Part shown: in pieces, positions 30,790 to 38,198 of the stretch
How the letters are laid out: every line of letters begins with the position of its first letter
How positions within the stretch are numbered: the stretch's first letter is position 1
Source of the DNA: a virus
Lineage: Duplodnaviria > Caudoviricetes
Strand: one strand, 5' to 3'
DNA length: 38,198 nucleotides
Virus record (IMG/VR): IMGVR_UViG_3300020043_004799
Location: 1-38,198 of that record
The notes under the pieces: generated by a model
What the model saw: the letters and a program-made list of their open reading frames with translations, nothing else
What the model was told of the DNA's origin: nothing
Databases searched by the model: none
Made by a program: the position numbers and the translations under genes

Positions 30790-33378
30790 ATGGCAACCTT
30801 GGCAGAAATTGAAGCGGCAATCGCAAAGGCGGACAAGGCGGGTCGCACCGATCTTGCTGACCATTTGCGCGCGTATGCGGCCAAGATGCAGTCCGAGCGG
30901 GTCAATGCGGCGATTGCCAAGGCCGAAGCGGCGGGGCGTCAAGATTTGGCTGATCAATTGCGCGCGGCTTCGCATCCTAAGCCTGCCGCACCTGCGCCAG
31001 TGGTGCAGACTATTGTTGATCAACCGCAGCCGACTACCGCCCCGATTACACCAGCACCTGCTGTGATTGAAGGCCCTGTCGAGGGTCGTATTCTTTCGCC
31101 GGAGGAACAACGCCAGTCCGATTTAAGCAACTTCGCACAGTTCGAGGCCGCAAACCCGACGCTTGCAGGACAATACACGCCGGAAACCATGCCGCGCGCA
31201 GGTGATCTGGTGGTGATGGGTGGGGGTGGCCGAGGTGGTGGCGGGCGGTATACCGTGCAGCCGTGGACCGCTAATGACATTCGCCAGCAGGGCAGTTTCG
31301 GCGAAACGGCTGCGTCGATGATGGAAGGGCCAGTAGCGGCGGCGAAAGCCTTCGGAGGCGGCCTAACTGGCGGCCCAAGCCCTTCGCGTGATTTCTTGGC
31401 ACAAGACCCATTGACGCGCGGCCTTCCTAGCCCTGTGCTGACGGGTCTGGGGGCTATTGGTGATATTGGCGGGGCAGCGCTGTCCACGGTCGGGGCGGGC
31501 CTGTCCGGCGCGGTAGGGCTTGCGACCGAGGCTGTGCCCTTTCAAGACGCCGCCAGTCGTGAGAAGCTTGGCAACGAATTGCTAGGCATGAGCATGTTCG
31601 CCGTGCCGGAATTGGCAGGGGCGTCATCTATCCCTGCGCGGTTAGCGGGTGCTGCACCTGCGATTGCGCCTATTGCGCGCCCCGCGATGACGGCGGAAGA
31701 AATGGTGGCTCGGACATTTACAGTAAGGCCGCCCCGCCCGCCTATCCAGCGCGCCGCCCCAATTGTTTCGCCGAAGACTGTTGCTGCAATCCCTGAAACT
31801 GTAGTTGCTCAAGCCGCTGCAAAGACGCCAGAAGAGGTCGCATCGCTAGCCCGCAAGGCAGCGTCTGGCGGAATGGGGTCAGTGAAGGCGCAAGAGGCTC
31901 TGGCGGTAGAGGCGAGGATTAACCCAGAAGCAAAGGCAGCGGCAGATCGTCTTGGCATTGATCTTCCTGCTGATGTTTTCTCGGAAAGCGAAAACGTGCG
32001 GGCGATTGCTGGCCTAGCGAGGTCTGAGGTTGGCAAAGAGCCAGAAGCGCTTTGGCGCAGCGCAGTCAAGTTGGCCCGCGACAAGGCCGATGAAATCATG
32101 GCTGCGATGGATGGTGCGCCGGATATTGCGACAGTTTCCGAAAACGTAAAGTCATCCTTGCAAGCCACTCAATCCAAACTCAAAACCACGGCCAAGGGTC
32201 TGTATGAAGAGGTTGACGCGGCGGTTCCGAAATCGACTGAGGCGAATGTAACGAATATCGTTAAGGCGCTGAATGGAGTGATCGAGGATCTAGGCGGGCC
32301 GGAAGGAATGTCATCAGCGGAGCGGACTCTTTACGCGCTTGTCACCAGTAGCCAGCCCGTAACCTATGGCCGTTTGATGCGCGAAAAGAACCTGATTGGA
32401 AAGGCTATCGCGCGCGGTGATAGCCCATATTCAAGCATGGATAGCGCCACGCTTGCGCGCATGTATGGAGCCATTGCCGAAGACCAGATGGCGACGGTCG
32501 GCAATATCGGTGATGAAGCCTTGCGCCTGAAACTGCGCGAGGCAAACCAACTGACCGCCAAGCAAAAAGCCTTGGAAAAGCGCATTGTCGCTTCTTTCGG
32601 GTCTGATCTTGATGGGTCTATCGGGGCAAAATTGAAGACGGCGATCAAGCAAGGGTCGCAGGGCGACATCGCGGCACTAACCCGAATTTTGAAGGTTATA
32701 CCGGAAGACCTGAGAAAGAGCGCAGTCGCATCCGCAATTTCTGCGGCCACCAGATCGGCGAGAGCAACTGAGCCGGGGTTTGGGCTGTCAGAGTTTGCCA
32801 AAGCGTTTAGCGGCATTCAGACCAATAAGCCCGTTTATAATCTGATCGGCAAAACGCTTGGACCGGAAGCCATGGGGGTTCTCAAAGACCTTAACACGGT
32901 TGCAAAGCGTATCGCGGTGGCAGATAGCAATGTCCTTCGGACAGGGAAGGCAAATCAGGCGATTGTTGGCGCGCTTATGGCTGATGGCCTTGTCGGTCGG
33001 GTTCTCAACTCAACTGGTGGGCAGCGCGTAGCGCAGTCTGCCGCGATTGGCGCTGGCACGGCGATGGGTGGGCCTGTTGGAGGTATGGTTGCAGGCCCAA
33101 TCGCTTCGGCGCTTATGACGGCAAAGCCTGACGTTCTGGCGAAAGTCGGCAAGCTGTTTTCAAGCGATGACTTTCAGAACCTGATTGTGACTATTGCGGA
33201 GGGTAAACCAGCGCAGCAAGCAGTTGATGCCGTAAAGAAATCATCTGCATTCATGGATTGGGCCAAGTCGCTTCGGGTCAAGGACTTTGACGCGGTTCTG
33301 TCTGGCGTTGCACCTGCGGGTCAGGCGGCCAATGCCAATGCTGGGCCGGACTATGAGAGTTTGTGGGGGCGCTACTGA
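30790..33378 (+). CDS. Large DNA ejection protein, gp16-like
   Basis: 862 aa, helical, Gly-rich hydrophobic patches; duplicated N-terminal AAIAKA..AGR.DLAD.LRA. Confidence 0.75.
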   Translation: MATLAEIEAAIAKADKAGRTDLADHLRAYAAKMQSERVNAAIAKAEAAGRQDLADQLRAASHPKPAAPAPVVQTIVDQPQPTTAPITPAPAVIEGPVEGRILSPEEQRQSDLSNFAQFEAANPTLAGQYTPETMPRAGDLVVMGGGGRGGGGRYTVQPWTANDIRQQGSFGETAASMMEGPVAAAKAFGGGLTGGPSPSRDFLAQDPLTRGLPSPVLTGLGAIGDIGGAALSTVGAGLSGAVGLATEAVPFQDAASREKLGNELLGMSMFAVPELAGASSIPARLAGAAPAIAPIARPAMTAEEMVARTFTVRPPRPPIQRAAPIVSPKTVAAIPETVVAQAAAKTPEEVASLARKAASGGMGSVKAQEALAVEARINPEAKAAADRLGIDLPADVFSESENVRAIAGLARSEVGKEPEALWRSAVKLARDKADEIMAAMDGAPDIATVSENVKSSLQATQSKLKTTAKGLYEEVDAAVPKSTEANVTNIVKALNGVIEDLGGPEGMSSAERTLYALVTSSQPVTYGRLMREKNLIGKAIARGDSPYSSMDSATLARMYGAIAEDQMATVGNIGDEALRLKLREANQLTAKQKALEKRIVASFGSDLDGSIGAKLKTAIKQGSQGDIAALTRILKVIPEDLRKSAVASAISAATRSARATEPGFGLSEFAKAFSGIQTNKPVYNLIGKTLGPEAMGVLKDLNTVAKRIAVADSNVLRTGKANQAIVGALMADGLVGRVLNSTGGQRVAQSAAIGAGTAMGGPVGGMVAGPIASALMTAKPDVLAKVGKLFSSDDFQNLIVTIAEGKPAQQAVDAVKKSSAFMDWAKSLRVKDFDAVLSGVAPAGQAANANAGPDYESLWGRY

Positions 33379-34094
33379 TGGAACCTGTTCTTGCACTCAT
33401 TCGCAGCTTTGAGGGCTTTCGGGAAACCCCGTATTGGGATGTGAACGCCCTTCGAACGGGATATGGGTCTGATACTGTGACGCTGGCGGATGGGCGCGTT
33501 GTGCCTGTCACGCAAGATACGCGGGTAACGCGCGAGGATGCAGACCGTGATTTGCAGCGGCGGGTGAACCAAGAGTTCATGCCGATTGCGGCGCGGGCCG
33601 TTGGGGAGGATGTGTTTTCATCCCTTCCGCCAAATCAGCAAGCGGCGCTGACTTCGATTGCGTATAACTACGGCGAATTGCCTTCGTCGGTTGCAAATGC
33701 GGTGCGGTCTGGCGATCAGGCTTCGGTGGTCAATGCAATCCGCGCGCTTGGGTCGCATAACGAGGGCGTCAATAAATCGCGGCGCGAAAAGGAAGCGGCG
33801 GTTTATGGCGGGGTAATGCCTTCGGACATGGAAGCCGATGGCGCTGGGCGTGTTGATCGCAATCCTGCACGGTTGGCATGGGCTTATGCCAATGGTAAGA
33901 TGACGCCAGAGGATGCGGCAATGTATGAGCGCGGCATGGCTGACGGGGTTTTCCCGAAGGCTGAGAAGCCCAAGGCGTTGCCGGACCCGCTACAGATTTA
34001 CGCCAACACGGCAATGCCGCAACGACGCGCGCCGTTTCAACTGACACCTATCCCCGTGGCCGAGGCGCGGAATGCTTTTGGGAGACTTAGCTGA
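33378..34094 (+). CDS. Lysozyme (GH24-like), probably virion-associated
   Basis: FEGFRETPYWDVNALRTGYG (E-x8-D-x5-T), ALTSIAYNYG, RREKEA. Confidence 0.8.
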   Translation: MEPVLALIRSFEGFRETPYWDVNALRTGYGSDTVTLADGRVVPVTQDTRVTREDADRDLQRRVNQEFMPIAARAVGEDVFSSLPPNQQAALTSIAYNYGELPSSVANAVRSGDQASVVNAIRALGSHNEGVNKSRREKEAAVYGGVMPSDMEADGAGRVDRNPARLAWAYANGKMTPEDAAMYERGMADGVFPKAEKPKALPDPLQIYANTAMPQRRAPFQLTPIPVAEARNAFGRLS

Positions 34095-35326
34095 TGGCCG
34101 TAAATAGCGTTCTTTCGCCCTACCCGACGTTTGTTGACGCGCAGGGCCTGCCGTTGGAGAACGGCTATATCTACATCGGAACGGCGGGCTTTGAGGCGCG
34201 GACAACGCCCAAGGCATCGTTCTTCGATGTGGCGCTGACTATCCCGACGGGGACTGCAAGCGGGGCCGCAATTCGGACGCGGGCGGGCTTGCCGATTGGC
34301 ACAAGCAACGCGCCTGCAATGTTCTACGTGGACGGTGATTATTCGATCAGCGTCTTGGACCGCAACGGGGTTCTGCTGTATTCCGCGCTGAATATGACGC
34401 TGGCGCTGAATGTCGGCGGATCGCTCGGGCCTGTGCTGGCACCTGATGGCAACTTGGGCGCGACGGGGTTCGGCTTTACGAATGAGACGAATACGGGGCT
34501 TGTGCGGTCTGGCACGGGGACGGTGCAGGACGTGGTGCAGGGCGTTGTGGTATCGCAGCGCACGGCGACGGGGGTCGTCGTCAATCAGCCCATGAGCGGC
34601 TCGGGCTTCACGAGTGGCGTTCTGGCAGTCGCGCAACCGCTTGACGCCGATCTGACCGCACTGGCGGGTATTGCTGGCGTTCAGGGCGACTTGATCTATC
34701 GCAATGCGTCACAGTGGACGCGGCTTGCGGCTGGCCTTGCTGGGCAGGTTCTAACCCAAAACACAGGGGCAACCGCGCCGGAATGGCAAACTGGCGGCGG
34801 GTCAAATGTGCAGGTTTTCACCGCCAACGGAACGTATACTCCGACTTCTGGCCGCAAATCCGCGATTGTGTTCTGCACTGGCGGCGGGGAAGCCGGAACG
34901 GAAATGGCGACTAACAACGCAATCGGATCGGGCGGCGGCGCTGGTGCGACTGCGGTTGCTATCGTGGATATTTCATCCGGTGCGACCCATGCCGTGACTG
35001 TTGGCGCTGGCGGGGCAAGTTCGAGCGGAAACGGCGGGACAACTTCTGTCGGCGCGGTTTGCTCTGCGACTGGCGGAGGGGTTGCTGTTGCGACCACTGG
35101 CGTGATGGGCATTTCTGGCGGGTTGGGCGGCGCTGGTGGAAACTCGCAGGCTGGCGCTGGCGGCGGTTCGTTCTGGGGTGGTGGCGGTCGCGTTAATTCT
35201 ACGGCTGGGAACCCCGGCACGGCTGGCCTTGCCTATGGGTCTGGTGGCGGGGGCGGTTACGGAAACGGCAGCACTCAGGCTGGTGGCGCTGGCGCTGGCG
35301 GCGTTGTCCTGATCTTGGAGTTCTAA
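34094..35326 (+). CDS. Tail fibre/spike with head-binding-like N-terminus and glycine-rich C-terminal domain
   Basis: GLPLENGYIYIG; LDADLTALAG; GGG-rich C-terminus ending GVVLILEF. Confidence 0.8.
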   Translation: MAVNSVLSPYPTFVDAQGLPLENGYIYIGTAGFEARTTPKASFFDVALTIPTGTASGAAIRTRAGLPIGTSNAPAMFYVDGDYSISVLDRNGVLLYSALNMTLALNVGGSLGPVLAPDGNLGATGFGFTNETNTGLVRSGTGTVQDVVQGVVVSQRTATGVVVNQPMSGSGFTSGVLAVAQPLDADLTALAGIAGVQGDLIYRNASQWTRLAAGLAGQVLTQNTGATAPEWQTGGGSNVQVFTANGTYTPTSGRKSAIVFCTGGGEAGTEMATNNAIGSGGGAGATAVAIVDISSGATHAVTVGAGGASSSGNGGTTSVGAVCSATGGGVAVATTGVMGISGGLGGAGGNSQAGAGGGSFWGGGGRVNSTAGNPGTAGLAYGSGGGGGYGNGSTQAGGAGAGGVVLILEF

Positions 35327-35365
35327 GTGGACCACTCAATTCTTGAACACTCGAAAGGCTAACAC

Positions 35366-35653
35366 ATGGCACAGAACACCACACTGACAATTCAGCCCGC
35401 AACGTGGACGCTGATTACCGACAGCGATGTATCGGCGGCGCGTTGGGTCAACACCGGCCCCGCAATGGTCTGGATCAAGGCCACCACAGACACAACCGCA
35501 CCGACAAGCAATGCGGGCGCTGTGCCTTATCCGCCGTTTATGGGCGAAAGCGCGGATCGGCTGCTGTCCGACATTTGGCCGGGACTGACTGGCGCGGATC
35601 GTCTCTGGGCCTATTGCGACGTTCTCGGGCAGGTATCGATCAGCCATGCGTGA
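35366..35653 (+). CDS. Hypothetical tail-associated protein
   Basis: Beta-rich 95 aa between fibre genes. Confidence 0.65.
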   Translation: MAQNTTLTIQPATWTLITDSDVSAARWVNTGPAMVWIKATTDTTAPTSNAGAVPYPPFMGESADRLLSDIWPGLTGADRLWAYCDVLGQVSISHA

Positions 35654-37169
35654 CATTGCCAGCCCGCTAGATGGTTTCGCATCGCCGTTTGGTCCGGTGC
35701 GGCGGTCCTTGCGCGCCATGCTATTCGGGCAGAACGAACCCGGCTTCACCTTTGAGCCGTGGGACATTACCACGCTATATCAGGACCGCGCAGGCACCAC
35801 TCCTGTAACGGCTGCTGGGCAGAGTGTTGGCCTGCGGCTGGATAAGTCGAAGGGGCTTTGGCTTGGGCCGGAGCTGGTCACGAATGGGGACTTTTCTGCT
35901 GGTGCAACGGGGTGGTCAAGCACAAACTCAACTCTATCCGTTGTTTCTGGCGCGCTACAAATGTCAGCCCAATCTGCCTCTCCGGCTACTACAGTGCAAA
36001 CAATTAGCGGTATGACGGTAGGACGCACTTACGAAGTGTCCGCAACCTACTGGCAAGGTGGCACAGGCGGAACGGCGGCGAGGATCAGCTTTTTTGGGTC
36101 TGCAACGGCGAACAATTCAACGGCTACGCCCGTCACTGTAACTTTGCGGATTGTTGCCACGCTTACGTCAGCGTCAATAAGCCTGCAATCGTTTGGCACA
36201 GTCAACACGCTTTCCTACTTTGACAACGTCTCCGTCCGCGAACTCGCAGGCAATCACGAGGTTGCAATCAACGACGCGGCGCGCGGCATCTACGGATGGA
36301 TGCCCAAGACGGGGCGGCGGAATTTGCTGGTTGCAACTGACACTCTGGCAACGCAATCCGTCACGGTAACGGCTGCGGCTCACACGTTGGCTTTCACTGG
36401 CACGGGAACGGTGGTTCTGTCCGGCGCTTATGTCGGAACGCTGATCGGGACGGGCGCAAGCGACCGCGGGACGCTGACGTTCACCCCTATCGCGGCAAGC
36501 CTTACCCTGACCGTGACGGGCAGCGTGACGCTGGCACAGTTGCAGCTTGGGTCGGTTGACACCGCCTATCAGCGTGTTGTCTCAAACTACGACATCACCG
36601 AGGCGGGCGTCCCGTCCTGCTACTACGTCCTAGCCAATGGCGTCAACACCGCCTATGTGACGCCCACGATCACGCCGAACACGGATAAGGTTCAGGTGTT
36701 CGCTGGGGTGCGGAAGAATAGCGACGCGGCGAGCGGCATCGTCGTGGAAACATCTGCGGAATACACGACAAACCCCGGAGCATTTGTGCTGGCCGCGCCT
36801 TCTTCTGCTGGCGCAAACTCGTATCGATTCGGCAGTAACGGAGCGCCAGCAGCGCCGGGAGCCAACGCAGGAACTGGGGTATTTGCCGCCGCACCTAACA
36901 CGTCGGTGTTAACTGGGCTTGGCAGCATTTCCGGCGATATTGCGACGTTGCGCCGAAACGGTGCGCTGGTTGAGACAAATACAACCAACCAAGGCACAGG
37001 CAACTACCTCGCCTATCCCGCCTATATCTACGCCCGTGGCGGAACCACGCTGCCCTTCAACGGCTACGACTTCGGCCATGCCGTGCGCTTCGGGCCGAAC
37101 CTTGACGCTGCCACCATCGCACGGGTCGAAGCCCTGATTGCCCGCAACACGCCGGAGGTGACGCTATGA
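35646..37169 (+). CDS. Second receptor-binding/tail protein with carbohydrate-binding-like inserts
   Basis: LYQDRAGTTPVTAAGQSVG; GPELVTNGDFS..FDNVSVRE; beta-sandwich-type C-terminus. Confidence 0.75.
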   Translation: MRDIASPLDGFASPFGPVRRSLRAMLFGQNEPGFTFEPWDITTLYQDRAGTTPVTAAGQSVGLRLDKSKGLWLGPELVTNGDFSAGATGWSSTNSTLSVVSGALQMSAQSASPATTVQTISGMTVGRTYEVSATYWQGGTGGTAARISFFGSATANNSTATPVTVTLRIVATLTSASISLQSFGTVNTLSYFDNVSVRELAGNHEVAINDAARGIYGWMPKTGRRNLLVATDTLATQSVTVTAAAHTLAFTGTGTVVLSGAYVGTLIGTGASDRGTLTFTPIAASLTLTVTGSVTLAQLQLGSVDTAYQRVVSNYDITEAGVPSCYYVLANGVNTAYVTPTITPNTDKVQVFAGVRKNSDAASGIVVETSAEYTTNPGAFVLAAPSSAGANSYRFGSNGAPAAPGANAGTGVFAAAPNTSVLTGLGSISGDIATLRRNGALVETNTTNQGTGNYLAYPAYIYARGGTTLPFNGYDFGHAVRFGPNLDAATIARVEALIARNTPEVTL

Positions 37170-37477
37170 CCAACGCCGTGATGATCCTGCCCGCCGCATA
37201 TCTGGACGCTGGGAACGCCTTCGGGGTCGCGCAGGGGTGGGGCGAGGGGAATTTCTCTGTGCCTCTATCCGCCTCTGGTGGCGAGCCTGCAACGCATTGG
37301 GGATGTTGTGCCGAAGTCGGGCCGGAGTTTCTGGCGATGATGGCAAACCCGCCCGCCGAGGCCGCCCCGCTGCTTGCCGTGATGGTGTCCAGCTTTGACG
37401 ATGCGCTGATGCCGTTTGACCATTGGTCGGCTGTGCTGGCGGCAAATGGGCTTGTGAGGGTGGCAGACAATGCGTGA
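37166..37477 (+). CDS. Hypothetical protein (possible fibre chaperone)
   Basis: ATGA-coupled; FSVPLS..G.EPATHWG. Confidence 0.65.
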   Translation: MTNAVMILPAAYLDAGNAFGVAQGWGEGNFSVPLSASGGEPATHWGCCAEVGPEFLAMMANPPAEAAPLLAVMVSSFDDALMPFDHWSAVLAANGLVRVADNA

Positions 37478-37679
37478 CAAGGCACTCCACTTCGTCGCAG
37501 GGGCTGCTATCGCCGCGCCCGTGGCATGGCTGGGCTATCCCGTTCACGGCGTCTTGCTGGCGGGGTTCGTGGGCATTGCGAAAGAGGAGTGGGATCGGCG
37601 CGGCAATGGAACCCCAGAACTCGCCGACTTCAACGCAACGCTGGTGGGCGCAATCGCGGGGGCTGTGGCATTGGCATGA
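37470..37679 (+). CDS. Small membrane protein (DKxLH motif)
   Basis: DKALHFVAG..GIAKEEWD..DFNATLVG. Confidence 0.75.
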   Translation: MRDKALHFVAGAAIAAPVAWLGYPVHGVLLAGFVGIAKEEWDRRGNGTPELADFNATLVGAIAGAVALA

Positions 37680-38086
37680 TCGACTGGCTTCGGAAATGGT
37701 TTGAGCAAGATGATTTTGTGGACGACTGGTATGGTTGGCTCACAAATCAGATCGGGCATATCTCGCTTGGCGTCATGTGCGCTTTGGCCGTTTCCGTGGT
37801 GTGGTTTCTTGTCGTTGGTGAGTTTCCCGTCAAGGCCGTGATCTGGCCTGCAATCGCGGCGGTGTATATCCTGATCGAGGTTGTGCGCGGCTGGACGTGG
37901 GCCGATAGCGCTGAGGATACGGTATTCTTTGCAGGATATGGCTGCGGCGGCGCTTTTCTGGTATTCAGCGAAGTGACGCCGGGAAGCCCAATGCTGACTG
38001 TTTCCGCTTTGGATATGGTGCCAATTCTGGGCATCGCGTGCGTGCATTTGGCTGCGGGTGTATTTGTTAGACTGCCGGGGGAATGA
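37676..38086 (+). CDS. Multi-TM membrane protein
   Basis: ATGA-coupled start MIDWLRKW; 3-4 hydrophobic segments. Confidence 0.7.
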   Translation: MIDWLRKWFEQDDFVDDWYGWLTNQIGHISLGVMCALAVSVVWFLVVGEFPVKAVIWPAIAAVYILIEVVRGWTWADSAEDTVFFAGYGCGGAFLVFSEVTPGSPMLTVSALDMVPILGIACVHLAAGVFVRLPGE

Positions 38087-38198
38087 GAATGGCCGTTGAA
38101 AATGACGTAGGTTTTCTCATGATCCTGAGGGATTATTGGGGCATTTTCGCGGCGATGGTTACGGGATTTGCGGGGGTCGTCATGGGCCGAGAGCGGAC
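38078..38198. repeat. 121-bp terminal overlap (copy 2)
   Basis: Identical to 1-121. Confidence 0.95.

Noticed and set aside
38078-38198. 121-bp end repeat as a biological direct terminal repeat
   Set aside because: It cuts through coupled genes and its length is typical of an assembler k-mer overlap; best read as circularity only

Overview
The window is a complete, circularly assembled genome (38,077 bp unique; bases 1-121 are repeated at 38078-38198) of a GC-rich P22-like podovirus, most likely of Alphaproteobacteria (Rhodobacteraceae-type; GapR and a GTA-like terminase support this). Layout: lysis cassette (GH19 endolysin, holin, overlapped spanins); two tRNAs (Arg-UCU, Thr-UGU); a four-block early region with two divergent promoter pairs (ERF, SSB, Lar-like, GapR, C5-MTase-like); replication and nin-like genes (VRR-NUC, DUF1376 initiator, amino-MTase); a small candidate anti-defence island (acr/aca-like pair, secreted protein, DUF2829/Tad2); then packaging, head, tail and ejection genes. 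I found no integrase, CI repressor, DNA polymerase, reverse transcriptase or CRISPR array. The strongest unexplained signal is a pair of oppositely oriented mosaic genes (2219-2746 minus, 9791-10798 plus). They share four in-frame DNA boxes (16, 47, 44 and 38 bp, 94-100% identical) separated by unrelated domains, which suggests a domain-shuffling or inversion system with no dedicated invertase. Other leads: a DDxxD protein in the ejection operon, tRNAs with atypical anticodon loops and an apparently leaderless promoter, a very acidic DNA-mimic candidate and a nested dual-coding gene. All calls come from reading motifs by eye; no searches were run.
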